The position numbers were made by a program, and so were the translations under genes. Below, piece by piece: positions 1 through 9,684 of a DNA stretch of 64,000 nt (the stretch's first letter is position 1; each line of letters begins with the position of its first letter). The notes beneath the pieces were generated by a model, which saw nothing but the letters and a program-made list of their open reading frames with translations, was not told where the DNA came from and did not search any database. Source of the DNA: Dehalococcoidia bacterium (GTDB lineage Bacteria > Chloroflexota > Dehalococcoidia > GIF9 > UBA5629); contig JBAZEK010000001.1 in NCBI GenBank assembly GCA_041653995.1, positions 1,030,613 to 1,094,612 of the forward strand, in the 5' to 3' direction.

Positions 1-60
1 CCCGCAGGTGGCAACGGTTCTGCCGAATATGATGCGCAACTGAACAGGAGGACGCAAACA

Positions 61-876
61 ATGGATACTTCGACTGACGAGCTGTTATTCGAGTGTGACA
101 ACGGGATTGGGGTTATCACTCTCAACCGGCCGGAAAGGAGAAATGCGATCACCTCAACGATGGGTGAAAGCTTTGTTAAAGTATTGGAACAGGCCAGAAA
201 AAGGGATGATATCAAGGTACTGATCATCACTGGCAGCGGCGAAGGCTTCTGCGCCGGCGCCGATGCTGCCAGCCGTCTCAAAGAACGGATAGGAGACGGC
301 GGTTACAAAGCGCTGGAGAAATCCCGCTCGGAGCTTCTGGAACCCGGCATGATAGTAATGCCCCACGCGCTTATGGACCTCGGTAAACCCGTAATTGCCG
401 CTGTTAACGGTGTCGCTGCCGCCTCGGGCCTTTCTCTGGCGCTGTTGTGTGACTTTCGCATAGCTTCAGAAAAAGCCAGGTTTGTCGCTTCATGGGTAAG
501 GATAGGGTTGATGCCGGACGCAGGCGCAAGCTACTGGCTGCCAAGGATAGTGGGGGTTGATAATGCTCTGAAGCTATTTTATACTGGTGAAGCGATTGAT
601 GCGGCCGAGGCAAAGAGGATAAACCTTGTTACACAGGTTGTTCCGCATGAAGAGCTCATGAGTACAGCCATGGACTTTGCAGGCAAAATAGCCAGTATGC
701 CCTCGGTGTCGATTGAGTTGACCCACCGTACGGTTTACCGTTTATTCAACGAGGAGTTGGCGAGGCAGCTGTTTAATGAAAACCTGGCAATGAACATCTG
801 CTTTAACACGGAAGATTTCAGAGAAGGTACAAAGGCTTTTCTCGAGAAGCGAAAGCCCGTATTTAAAGGCATCTAG
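61..876 (+). CDS. enoyl-CoA hydratase/isomerase (crotonase) family protein
   Basis: 271-aa ORF with crotonase motifs (ITLNRPERRNA, GSGEGFCAGAD, AAVNGVAAASG, FREGTKAFLEKRKP). AGGAGG lies upstream of the ATG. Confidence 0.85.
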   Translation: MDTSTDELLFECDNGIGVITLNRPERRNAITSTMGESFVKVLEQARKRDDIKVLIITGSGEGFCAGADAASRLKERIGDGGYKALEKSRSELLEPGMIVMPHALMDLGKPVIAAVNGVAAASGLSLALLCDFRIASEKARFVASWVRIGLMPDAGASYWLPRIVGVDNALKLFYTGEAIDAAEAKRINLVTQVVPHEELMSTAMDFAGKIASMPSVSIELTHRTVYRLFNEELARQLFNENLAMNICFNTEDFREGTKAFLEKRKPVFKGI

Positions 877-906
877 TCAATCAAAGAATCTAGAAGGAGT
901 GCTACA

Positions 907-2271
907 GTGAAGAAAATCAGGATCGGGGCGGGTTCGGGTTACGCGCCTTCCAAGACGGGTGAAGCACTGAGGCTCGTGCTGGAAGGGAATTTAAATTACA
1001 TCTGCTTCGACCAGCTGGCCGAGCTAACCATGTCCATCATGTCCAAGAACCAGCAGAAGGATCCCTCCAAGGGTTACCTTACCCAGCACATCGACGGTAT
1101 GAAACAGGTACTGCCTGAAGCTCACAAGAGGGGCGTTAAAATCATCACCAACGGCGGTGGCGTCAATCCCGAGGCGGCGGCTGACCAGATACTCAAAATA
1201 GCCTCCGATAATAACATCAAAGGTTTGAAAGTTGCCGTGATCAAAGGCGACAATATAGCAGGCAGGATCGACGAGCTGCTCAAGAAAGGATGGAAGTTCA
1301 CCAACCTGGAGACAGGCGAGGACGATATCAGCCGGATAAAAGACAATATCCTGATCGCCAATGCTTACATCGGCTCCGACTCCATTGTCGAAGCACTGGA
1401 GGCCGGCGCTGACGTGGTTGTGGCTGGCAGATGTTCTGATAGCGCGCTTTTCGTTGCCCCAATGATGCACGAGTTCGGATGGAAGTTTGAAGACACATAC
1501 TGGCCACGCATAGGCGCTGCCATTACCATCGGCCACACGCTGGAATGCGCCGATTTCGTCACGGGAGTGGCCAGCCCGGTGTGGGAACATGTACCCAAGC
1601 CGAACGAGATCGTCTATCCGCTGGCCGAGGTATCCGAGGACGGGACGGCCATACTGGAGATGCCGTCATCGGGAGGCGGCCTGCTCAACGAATGGACCGT
1701 CAAAAGCCAGCTCGTTTACGAGGTGCATGATCCTAAAAACTATATTATGCCCGACGGCGTGGCCGATATGACGGCGGTAAAGGTGGAGGACCTGGGCAAC
1801 AACAGGGTGAAGCTGAGCAATATGACCGGCAAGCGCAGGCCGGACACCCTCAAGGTGATCATCGGGTATCCGGGTGGGTTCATAGCGGAGACCATGAACT
1901 ACATATCGGCGCCTAAAGCCCTGACCAAGGCCAGAAGAGTGGAGGAACTGGGCTGGAAGAACCTTACCAAATACGGCATGAAGCGCGAGGATGTGGACGT
2001 ACAGATCGATTACGTCGGCTTGAATTCGATACTCAAGTCCATAGTCCCCCTGCCGGACGAAGACAGTATCAACGAACTCTGCCTGCGTATAGCGGCCAGG
2101 GGTAAAAATCCTCTCGAGGCGGGCATGATAGCCGTGTCTTTCCTGGACATGTCGCCGGTTGGTTTCACTGTATCGGTCCCTTCCAAGCCGAGAAGCTATA
2201 TATCCCTGTGGCCGACGCTGATACCGCGCGAAGAAGTCCCAACGAGTTTTATTATGAAGAGGCTGGAATAA
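907..2271 (+). CDS. AtuA-like (DUF1446) family protein, large part
   Basis: 454-aa ORF with GTG start after GAAGGAG. N-terminus 'IRIGAGSGYA' and length resemble DUF1446/AtuA proteins. Assignment is from memory, not searched. Confidence 0.6.
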   Translation: MKKIRIGAGSGYAPSKTGEALRLVLEGNLNYICFDQLAELTMSIMSKNQQKDPSKGYLTQHIDGMKQVLPEAHKRGVKIITNGGGVNPEAAADQILKIASDNNIKGLKVAVIKGDNIAGRIDELLKKGWKFTNLETGEDDISRIKDNILIANAYIGSDSIVEALEAGADVVVAGRCSDSALFVAPMMHEFGWKFEDTYWPRIGAAITIGHTLECADFVTGVASPVWEHVPKPNEIVYPLAEVSEDGTAILEMPSSGGGLLNEWTVKSQLVYEVHDPKNYIMPDGVADMTAVKVEDLGNNRVKLSNMTGKRRPDTLKVIIGYPGGFIAETMNYISAPKALTKARRVEELGWKNLTKYGMKREDVDVQIDYVGLNSILKSIVPLPDEDSINELCLRIAARGKNPLEAGMIAVSFLDMSPVGFTVSVPSKPRSYISLWPTLIPREEVPTSFIMKRLE

Positions 2272-2273
2272 AA

Positions 2274-2624
2274 ATGAGCAAGAAAGTGTTGATTAAAGAG
2301 CTGGCCTATGTCCGCAGCGGCGATAAAGGCGATATCTCCAACGTGGGGATAATGGCGTTCAATAAAGAGAACTACGAGATCATTAAAAAGCAGGTTACGC
2401 CTCAGAAGGTCAAGGACCATTACAAAGAGCTGGTCAAAGGCGAAGTCAAGGTATACGAGATGCCCAATATCGACGCTCTGCAGGTGGTCATGTACAGAGC
2501 CCTGGGAGGCGGCGCTACCTCTACACTCAGGTTCGATGAGACGGGAAAAGCCATGTGCCTGGGCATGCTATTCATGCCGGTCGAGGTGCCGGACGGATTC
2601 AAGCCGGCCAAACCTCCCATGTAA
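2274..2624 (+). CDS. small AtuA C-terminal-like protein
   Basis: ATG at 2274, 3 nt after the upstream stop and in frame with track ORF 2208..2624. 'VRSGDKGDISNVG' resembles the ~100-aa C-terminal module that is fused in many AtuA proteins. Confidence 0.5.
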   Translation: MSKKVLIKELAYVRSGDKGDISNVGIMAFNKENYEIIKKQVTPQKVKDHYKELVKGEVKVYEMPNIDALQVVMYRALGGGATSTLRFDETGKAMCLGMLFMPVEVPDGFKPAKPPM

Positions 2625-2671
2625 AATGTGTTATAAAAGGTCCAGCGCTTTCGTGCCGGCCATTCCGACTG

Positions 2672-3040
2672 CTATACGCCAGCCAGCCACTCCAGCAATC
2701 CGAATACCAGAACGCAGGCGATAAAATCTATACAGATACCGAAGCCTATTGCCTTGGTCACGCCGCCCTTACGTTTAACGGCGAAAACGACCAATACTAT
2801 TATTGCTATTCCGACCAGCCCAAGAGCTATAACGAAAAATGTATTTGCCAGAACTGACACCCCCGCCATTCCGGTGGCATTGCCGAGCACTTGTGAAGCA
2901 ATAGCAAGCAGGAGCGCCAGACATGGTGGAATTATTGTTGCGGGTATAGCCAGTCTGGCGGGACCAACCAGTTTCTCTTTTGGCCGGATCACCCATGCAA
3001 GAACGATGGCAGCAATGGTCAGCGGGATGGTCAATAACAT
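2672..3040 (-). CDS. small integral membrane protein
   Basis: Internal ATG at 3040 preceded by GGAGGA. About 4 hydrophobic helices. Downstream of the XRE gene in the same orientation. Confidence 0.5.
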   Translation of the reverse strand: MLLTIPLTIAAIVLAWVIRPKEKLVGPARLAIPATIIPPCLALLLAIASQVLGNATGMAGVSVLANTFFVIALGLVGIAIIVLVVFAVKRKGGVTKAIGFGICIDFIACVLVFGLLEWLAGV

Positions 3041-3098
3041 AATGAATTCTCCTCCACTTTTTGGTTTTCTGTCAGAATGTAATTTAGCACGCCTTCCG

Positions 3099-3302
3099 CT
3101 ATCCCTCTTTATCATTCAGAATAAAGATATCTTCGATGGCAGCTCCCAGCGCGCGAGAAATTCCATAAGCCAGCTTGAGCGATGGATTATATTTGCCTTG
3201 CTCGAGAAAGATAATGGTCTCGCGCCGCACCCCCACCATCTCCGCCAGCTTCTCCTGGGTCAGGCCGAGGCGGGCGCGATATTCTTTCATCCTTGTTTTC
3301 AT
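3099..3302 (-). CDS. XRE-family helix-turn-helix transcriptional regulator (short, YozG-like)
   Basis: 67 aa with '[29 protein letters not shown]' HTH. 4-nt ATGA overlap with the upstream membrane ORF. Confidence 0.85.
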   Translation of the reverse strand: MKTRMKEYRARLGLTQEKLAEMVGVRRETIIFLEQGKYNPSLKLAYGISRALGAAIEDIFILNDKEG

Positions 3303-3919
3303 GACTGTTCAACGGCACTGAAACTTGCACATAATCCCTTGCTATAGATTACCAGGCATCCCAGCAGGCTTAATGCCAGCACCGCCGGCGCCACCAGCAG
3401 CCCGAGTATAAAGAAGAAAGCATCCTCGAAGCCGAACCAGACGCTGACCAGATTATGCAGGACGATGGCCAGCGCGATTGTGCTGAGACAGAGCCCGGCT
3501 GTAATCAGGCATATCCTGAGCCATCTTGCCGCTTTCTCACCCAGGCAGGGACGGACACGGTCATAGTAATAATAGCCGATGACATAGACGAAGCCCACGA
3601 CCACGAGTTGTCCGCTGATGATCAGCTCTTTGGGAGTATTCTTGAAGACATTGAACCTGAACAGCAATATCAGCACTATGCTGGCAATAAAGAAAAATAT
3701 TCCGGTCAGGCGCATTGCACCTGTGAGATTATCGCGAACCCGTTCATCGATGACGGGCATCCGGCCGTGACGGATGAGCGACCACAATTCACGATGCCCC
3801 AGCAGCAAAATACCGGCTATCAGCGCTATCACTACGTACAGGTTCTCTCTGGAAAGCATCAGCATCAATGCCAGCAAACTGACAGCGGCATAGGCTATTA
3901 GTATCCATCTTGCTTTCAC
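3299..3919 (-). CDS. multi-pass membrane protein (DUF2178-like partner of short XRE regulators)
   Basis: 206 aa with several TM helices, translationally coupled to the XRE gene. The paralogous pair at 23503..24129 has the same organisation. Confidence 0.55.
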   Translation of the reverse strand: MKARWILIAYAAVSLLALMLMLSRENLYVVIALIAGILLLGHRELWSLIRHGRMPVIDERVRDNLTGAMRLTGIFFFIASIVLILLFRFNVFKNTPKELIISGQLVVVGFVYVIGYYYYDRVRPCLGEKAARWLRICLITAGLCLSTIALAIVLHNLVSVWFGFEDAFFFILGLLVAPAVLALSLLGCLVIYSKGLCASFSAVEQS

Positions 3920-4357
3920 CGCATTTCCTCCCTATGTTAGAAATATTTAACGTTAGATATATATAACATATCACGTTCAAAAAGACCTGTCAAGGATTCC
4001 CACAGAAGCATGATGCAATTAAGCGCAGGTCACTGAGAAGAGTTACTTCGAAAAGCGGAGAGGGTTGATGACAGTCCGAGATAATTTACGCTTTGGTGGG
4101 GCATTGTGGACAGTTCCCGAACTCCTGTTTGAGAGCAAAAAGCTTATTTCGGTGCTGCAGCAATTGCTCACTGAAGGCTAACATGACCTTGTTTCCTTCC
4201 CTCCGACAACCACTTGCTCCTCGCCGGGATAAAACCTTTTCGTTTTGCTAAGCAAGACGCTCGAGATTATAAAGGCAGACCACTGACAGAAATCAAACTT
4301 GACAATTTATACCGGAGAAAGCATCTTCAATGTAGATACTATTGAAGGAGGCTTGGA

Positions 4358-4600
4358 TTGAAAGCTCGTATACAGAAATGGGGAAATAGTCTTGCTTTGC
4401 GTATCCCCAAGTCTTTTGCTTCAGAAGCAGGTTTGCAAAGAGAAACCTCTATTGAAATTTCACTATCAGAGGGAAAGCTCATAATAACACCATTGGCTAA
4501 TCCGAAATTTACTCTTAAACAGCTATTGGCAAAGGTTAATAAAGAGAATTTGCATCATGAGACGGATACTGGCCCCGCCGCAGGTAACGAAGCATGGTAA
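4358..4600 (+). CDS. mazE: AbrB/SpoVT-fold antitoxin MazE
   Basis: 80 aa with 'IQKWGNSLALRIPKSFA' looped-hinge-helix motif. TTG start after GAAGGAGG. Overlaps the toxin ORF. Confidence 0.75.
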   Translation: MKARIQKWGNSLALRIPKSFASEAGLQRETSIEISLSEGKLIITPLANPKFTLKQLLAKVNKENLHHETDTGPAAGNEAW

Positions 4601-4940
4601 GCGCTTCACCTATATTCCAAGATGCGGAGACATAGTGTGGATAACCTTAAATCCTCAAGCAGGACATGAACAATCAGGACGCCGCCCCGCCCTGGTAGTT
4701 TCACCTGTTAGTTATAATGATAAGACAGGGTTGGCCGTCCTTTGTCCCATCAGCAGCATTGTCAAGGGCTACCCTTTCGAAGTACTACTTCCAGAAGGAT
4801 CACCAGTGGCGGGGGCAATCTTATCTGACCAGGTAAAAAGCATGGATTGGCGTATTAGAAATGCAGTACTATTATGCACACTGCCTGCCGGAAATATCTC
4901 TGAGGTGCTCTTAAAACTGAACACCTTGTTATCACACTAA
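4557..4940 (+). CDS. mazF: MazF/PemK-family endoribonuclease toxin
   Basis: 'YIPRCGDIVWITLNPQAGHEQSGRRPALVVS...LAVLCPISS' is typical of MazF/PemK. Start is uncertain: ATG 4557 overlaps mazE by 44 nt. Confidence 0.8.
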   Translation: MRRILAPPQVTKHGKRFTYIPRCGDIVWITLNPQAGHEQSGRRPALVVSPVSYNDKTGLAVLCPISSIVKGYPFEVLLPEGSPVAGAILSDQVKSMDWRIRNAVLLCTLPAGNISEVLLKLNTLLSH

Positions 4941-5137
4941 ACAAATGCAATAAGGTCGTAGCCGGGTTGCGACTTGGACTACTTTACGATACGGCCTAAC
5001 AACTCTATACCGTTCGCAATATGAGTGTACATGCATAATAAAGTCAGCTTTAAATTCTGACACGCCGGCTTGACTGTGCCTTAATTTTCCCTTAATATTT
5101 CGCTCAACCATGACGTGAGGTTTAGGAGGATTGAAAT

Positions 5138-7201
5138 ATGGTGACAATGCTGAGGCTCTGCATAGCCCTGATTATCATTATCGCATTGGTCCTGCCAGGA
5201 ACAGGTTGTATTAAATTGGGCAAACTGCCGGGAAAACAGGCCGCGGAAAATAAGACTGCAGCATCAGGCGTCACGGCCGGGGGAACTGCCGGACAGTCAG
5301 GATCACAGGCGCCGGACACGGCGGGCAATCAGCCCGGTCAGGGCGGACAACCGGGCGCCCAACCCTCCGGCCAGGAGGCACAGGTCATTACCGGCGGTGG
5401 TGGAGTTGCCGTTGCCAACTGGATCGGCACCTGGCAATGCGGCAACTTTAAAATGTATCTGAACCAGGCAGGTGACCGGGTAACTGGGTGGTACGAGTAC
5501 GAAAACAGCGACATCGAAGGCACTGCTACCGGCAACACTCTCACCGGTACCTGGACTGTATCAGGTGTTAAATATGGTTTTCAGATTGTTCAGTCCTCTG
5601 ACGGCAAATCCTTTTCCGGCCGTTATAACCAGGGAACTTCAAGCAATCAAGGTGGATCATGGTCATGCACAAGGATAAGCACGGCCATGCCCACTGCAAA
5701 ATCATCAGGAGAAAATTCCCAGGTAATCACCCAGGGAGGAGGCGTGGCCGTTGCCAACTGGATCGGCACCTGGCAGTGCGGCAACAATAAAATGTACTTG
5801 GACCAATCAGGAAATCAGGTGACCGGGTGGTTCGATTCTGAAAATAGCGATATTGAGGGCTTTGCCACAGGCAATACACTTGTGGGTACCTGGACCAAGG
5901 GCGGAGTCAAATATGATTTCCAACTGGATCAGTCGTCTGACGGTAAATCATTTGCCGGACATTTTCGCCAGGGATCATCAGGCGCATGGACGGGAGAATG
6001 GTTCTGTATACGCACCAGCAGCGCCAGACCTCCGGCGAAACCAGCCACATCATATCCCCCCTCAGCCATACAGACTGCAAGCTGGACAGGTACATGGGAA
6101 TGCAATAATTATAAAATGTACCTGACCCAGACAGGCAGCAAGGTGACCGGCTGGACTGAACTGGATAATGGTGACATCGAAGGCTATGCAACCGGTAACA
6201 CAATTGTCGGCACCTGGACACTCTCCGGAATTGAATATGATATTCAGCTAAACCAGTCATCCGACGGCAAATCCTTTACAGGCCATTACCGTCAGGGTTC
6301 ATCAGGCAATTGGGCAGGAAGCTGGCCCTGCACTTTTATAACCAACGCACAGCCTCTGCCAAAGTCCGCAGTTCGATCTCAGCCTGCACCGACAGCACCC
6401 CCCACAAGCTGGACCGGCACATGGCAGTGCGGCCAGAAACAAATATGGCTACTTCAGACGGGCAGCCAGGTCATTGGCTGGTATGATGAACAGAGCGGTG
6501 ATATTCAGGGCTATGTCACAGGAAATACACTGGTAGGAACCTGGGCGGACGCCTCGGGTGAAAAAGATATTCAGCTGTCCATGTCCGCAGACGGGAATGC
6601 TTTTTCGGGTCATTACCGCACCAGCCCTTCAGCAAGCTGGATCAGCCACTTCTCCTGCACGAAAAAAAGCGCGGAATTACCCGCACCCAAAGTAACATTT
6701 GATATACAGCCCGTAAGTATTACCAGGGGGATGTCCGCGCAGTTATCCTGGAGCACTATACTGGCTACTTCTGTAGATATTAAACCGGACATAGGTCCCT
6801 GTGGCGCTAATGGCAAAATAAATGTCAAGCCCGACGCAGACATCTCATATACATTGAGCGCGAGCAACCCATTTGGCGGATCTAAAGTAACAGTTCCCCT
6901 AAAGGTAACATCGCCGAACTGGAGCGGGGAATGGGACTGCGGAAGCTTTGGGCATATGATACTCACCCAATCCGGCAACCAGGTTAACGGAATATATACA
7001 TACCAGGGCGGTAAAATCAGTGGCTATGTTAACGGGAATAAGCTTGCAGGAACGTGGTCTGAGGACCCGACCCATAAAGCTCCTGATGATGCGGGTGGTT
7101 GCGAATTCACCCAGTCAGCAGATGGTCTTTCCTTTACCGGTTATTATGACTACGGGTTTTCAGGCGCCGTGAGTCCCTGGAACGGGAAAAGGATTAGATA
7201 G
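5138..7201 (+). CDS. secreted lipoprotein with five ~105-aa Trp/Cys-containing repeats plus one Ig-like domain
   Basis: 687 aa with lipobox 'LPGTGC'. Repeats start W(I/T/S)G(T/E)W(Q/E/D)C and end (W/F)xC. AGGAGG upstream of the ATG. Confidence 0.8.
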   Translation: MVTMLRLCIALIIIIALVLPGTGCIKLGKLPGKQAAENKTAASGVTAGGTAGQSGSQAPDTAGNQPGQGGQPGAQPSGQEAQVITGGGGVAVANWIGTWQCGNFKMYLNQAGDRVTGWYEYENSDIEGTATGNTLTGTWTVSGVKYGFQIVQSSDGKSFSGRYNQGTSSNQGGSWSCTRISTAMPTAKSSGENSQVITQGGGVAVANWIGTWQCGNNKMYLDQSGNQVTGWFDSENSDIEGFATGNTLVGTWTKGGVKYDFQLDQSSDGKSFAGHFRQGSSGAWTGEWFCIRTSSARPPAKPATSYPPSAIQTASWTGTWECNNYKMYLTQTGSKVTGWTELDNGDIEGYATGNTIVGTWTLSGIEYDIQLNQSSDGKSFTGHYRQGSSGNWAGSWPCTFITNAQPLPKSAVRSQPAPTAPPTSWTGTWQCGQKQIWLLQTGSQVIGWYDEQSGDIQGYVTGNTLVGTWADASGEKDIQLSMSADGNAFSGHYRTSPSASWISHFSCTKKSAELPAPKVTFDIQPVSITRGMSAQLSWSTILATSVDIKPDIGPCGANGKINVKPDADISYTLSASNPFGGSKVTVPLKVTSPNWSGEWDCGSFGHMILTQSGNQVNGIYTYQGGKISGYVNGNKLAGTWSEDPTHKAPDDAGGCEFTQSADGLSFTGYYDYGFSGAVSPWNGKRIR

Positions 7202-7331
7202 GAGCATTATTGGTTTATGGTAAGTATTTTGGCTTCTATATTTAGTGCCAAATAACCAATATCCCATTGAATACCAGTCCATGCTAAAAAGAGATAAGTG
7301 GTGGTAGTATTACCTGGGGGCAGGTCATTTT

Positions 7332-7407
7332 TGGTGGACCTGGGGAGATTCGAACTCCCGACCTCCTGAATGCAAATCAGGCGCTCTCCCAATTGAGCTA
7401 CAGGCCC
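7332..7407 (-). tRNA. tRNA-Ala (anticodon UGC), CCA encoded
   Basis: Reverse complement GGGCCTGTAGCTCAATTGGGAGAGCGCCTGATTTGCATTCAGGAGGTCGGGAGTTCGAATCTCCCCAGGTCCACCA folds as a cloverleaf. G3:U70 is present; anticodon loop is TTTGCAT. Confidence 0.9.
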
Positions 7408-7468
7408 GCAAGACTACATATTATACTAAATCCGCTTCTGTTTGCTAAACGCCAGTGCGGCGATATAG

Positions 7469-8026
7469 CTATTTCTTGCCTTTGGCTGGTTTAGATGGAC
7501 GCGGCTCCGGTGAGCCCATCCAGCGCTCGTAGTGCACGCGCTCCGGCTTGAACCTGTCCTCCATGCGCGGCCTCTCGTCCGGATAGCCTACGGAAACGAG
7601 GGCGATCGGCACTATCCTGGTCGGCATGTTGAGCAGTTTCCTCATACCGTTCATCCTTTCCACCACCGGATAGACGCCGACCCACACCGCCCCCAGTCCC
7701 AGATCATGTGCGGCCAGCAGGATGTTCTGCGTGGCCGCCGAGCAGTCCAGCACACCCCTGCCTCTGGTCAGCTCGAGGCCGCTGTCGTTACACACCAGTA
7801 TGGCAAGCGCGGCTTCCTTGAGCATATGCGCGTGCGGATGAAAGGTCGGCACCTGTACGAGCGTCTTGCGCTCGGTGATGACCACGAAATGCCACGGCTG
7901 CTCATTGGCTGCCGAAGGGGCTGCCATCCCGGCCCGCAGGAGTTGCTCGACAACTTCCGCCGGCACGCGGTTATCCGTATATTTCCTGATGCTTCTGCGC
8001 GTCATGATTGATTCAAATGTTTCCAT
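7469..8026 (-). CDS. nitroreductase family protein
   Basis: 185 aa with 'RRSIRKYTD...AAPSAANEQPWHFVV' FMN-nitroreductase N-terminal signature. Confidence 0.85.
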   Translation of the reverse strand: METFESIMTRRSIRKYTDNRVPAEVVEQLLRAGMAAPSAANEQPWHFVVITERKTLVQVPTFHPHAHMLKEAALAILVCNDSGLELTRGRGVLDCSAATQNILLAAHDLGLGAVWVGVYPVVERMNGMRKLLNMPTRIVPIALVSVGYPDERPRMEDRFKPERVHYERWMGSPEPRPSKPAKGKK

Positions 8027-8050
8027 CGGTTCACCTCGTAAGCGCCGGAT

Positions 8051-9532
8051 CTATATACGCCGCCTGACCCTGGCAATCCAGCGCCCGATTAAAACGATCA
8101 GTGTAATGACTACCGCCGCCAGAACATAAGGCCAGATCATCTCGTAAAGCGGTGTGGGCGGCGGTTGCCTGTATCCGGTTAAATTCACCTTGAGCCTGTT
8201 GTCCAGTCCGCCGGCTATATGGAAAGTAGTCGCAGTCCTCTTGCCTTCTTTCTCGACAACTATCTTATATGTGCCGTAGAAGCCGCGCATTCTGGCGATG
8301 CCGTCATCACCCGTGTACACATCGCCGCGCGACCACCATTTATCACGGATAAGAGTCAGCAGGCGGTTATAGGCCGGCTTTTTCGTCATATCCATCCGCA
8401 ACAGCCCGGCCGGCGCCCCCTGCCAGGCGCCACTATCCGACAGGTCCCACCAGGTTATGGCCTGCACGGACGGGTGGCTGAAGAGCAGTATGTAGAACTT
8501 CTCCGCGTAATCAGCCTGCTCGTTCTCGCCTGCAGGTGTGGACGGCCACTCGGACGGCTGCTCCTGGGACGATATGCCCGTCCTGGGCTTGCCGCTCAAC
8601 ACGGTCACTTCGGTGAAATGAATGGGGGCATCGAAATCCTTGAACCGCTCGCAGGTATCCCAGACTTGGTATAAAGGCCAGTTGCCGCGGTGCATATGCG
8701 ATTGTATGCCTATGGCATCGAATTTACCCTTCTGCCTGACGATCCCCTGGAGCAGATCGCTATAATCCTGGTCGGTGCGAAAATCGTTGATTATGAGCGT
8801 CGACGTCGGGCAGGCCGACCTGGCCCAGCCCAGCGCATCCGCGCAGACCGTCACAGGTGTACGCTGGGACATCCACTTGCCCACCCGGGTGCTCACCTGC
8901 GCGCTCATGGTCGGCTCATTCACAACATCCCAATAATCGATCGTTCCGCAGAATTCACCGGCAATCTCCTTGACCCGCTTCTCCTGCGCTTTTTGCATAT
9001 CATCGGGCCCGACGGGCGCCCAGCCGGGCACCGATTCAGCCCAGATCAGAGGATGTCCCTTTACCGTGATACCCCTTTTCTCACACCATTCCGCAACCAT
9101 CTCGAGCATAATGGCTGATGACTGGCCCTGCTGCTCTTCATAGCTATCCCAGTAAAAAGGCGCGGTGCCGTAATTGAAAAAAGCGCTCAATGCTTCAGCC
9201 CAGTCCTGGTTGACTGCGGTGGGCCCGTTCTCGGCCAGCGGCGCCAGGCCGGTTCCGAAAAGGAAGTCATGGCTCTGCTGCTCGTAGTATACGCGCGCGC
9301 CCCTCACAGGAACGTTGTTCTCGTCCAGCACCTGTATAACGCCATCCCCCTTGCGTATCTTCTCGATACGGTCGCCGGCGCTCTGCATAATGAACCACTC
9401 AAATATCCCATTGTAAGCCTGAATGATGACATTGCCCGCGCTGACCCCAGGCGCCTGGCAGGCCGCCGCAGGCACAAGCAAAGAGACAACCACAATGGTC
9501 AGCGTCGCTATATAAAAACATCTTCTGTTCAT
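8051..9532 (-). CDS. glycoside hydrolase family 10-like (xylanase-like), membrane anchored
   Basis: 'YWDVVNEP' (acid/base Glu) and 'IHFTEVTV' (nucleophile Glu) motifs. N-terminal signal/anchor from the internal Met 'MNRRCFYIATLTIVVV'. C-terminal TM helix. Confidence 0.55.
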   Translation of the reverse strand: MNRRCFYIATLTIVVVSLLVPAAACQAPGVSAGNVIIQAYNGIFEWFIMQSAGDRIEKIRKGDGVIQVLDENNVPVRGARVYYEQQSHDFLFGTGLAPLAENGPTAVNQDWAEALSAFFNYGTAPFYWDSYEEQQGQSSAIMLEMVAEWCEKRGITVKGHPLIWAESVPGWAPVGPDDMQKAQEKRVKEIAGEFCGTIDYWDVVNEPTMSAQVSTRVGKWMSQRTPVTVCADALGWARSACPTSTLIINDFRTDQDYSDLLQGIVRQKGKFDAIGIQSHMHRGNWPLYQVWDTCERFKDFDAPIHFTEVTVLSGKPRTGISSQEQPSEWPSTPAGENEQADYAEKFYILLFSHPSVQAITWWDLSDSGAWQGAPAGLLRMDMTKKPAYNRLLTLIRDKWWSRGDVYTGDDGIARMRGFYGTYKIVVEKEGKRTATTFHIAGGLDNRLKVNLTGYRQPPPTPLYEMIWPYVLAAVVITLIVLIGRWIARVRRRI

Positions 9533-9637
9533 TTCCAACCCTGTCAACGAAAATACTTTATCTATTTTAGCACAGCATCCAATCTGTCTATACCGGCCTG
9601 CAGCCGCGAATGCCATTAACCCGACCGATAGTATTTT

Positions 9638-9666
9638 TTGACTATTGTTATAAACATCAATATAAT
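9638..9666 (+). promoter_or_regulatory. sigma-70-type promoter TTGACT-17 nt-TATAAT
   Basis: TTGACT at 9638-9643, a 17-nt spacer, then TATAAT at 9661-9666, about 20 nt upstream of the ArsR-family ORF. Confidence 0.6.
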
Positions 9667-9684
9667 ATATGATAATATGAGTAT

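Noticed and set aside
1-60. Frame 1 is open from base 1 into the crotonase ATG at 61, suggesting a longer ORF.
   Set aside because: An AGGAGG lies just upstream of ATG 61, and the normal distance from the N-terminus to the 'LNRP' motif supports the start at 61.
4090-4190. 32-codon minus-strand ORF (MLAFSEQLLQHRNKLFALKQEFGNCPQCPTKA) in the 440-nt gap before mazE.
   Set aside because: It has a plausible purine-rich SD, but it is very short and has no supporting context. It was left unannotated.
7207-7392. 61-aa ORF overlapping tRNA-Ala.
   Set aside because: It is read through the tRNA gene and has no SD.
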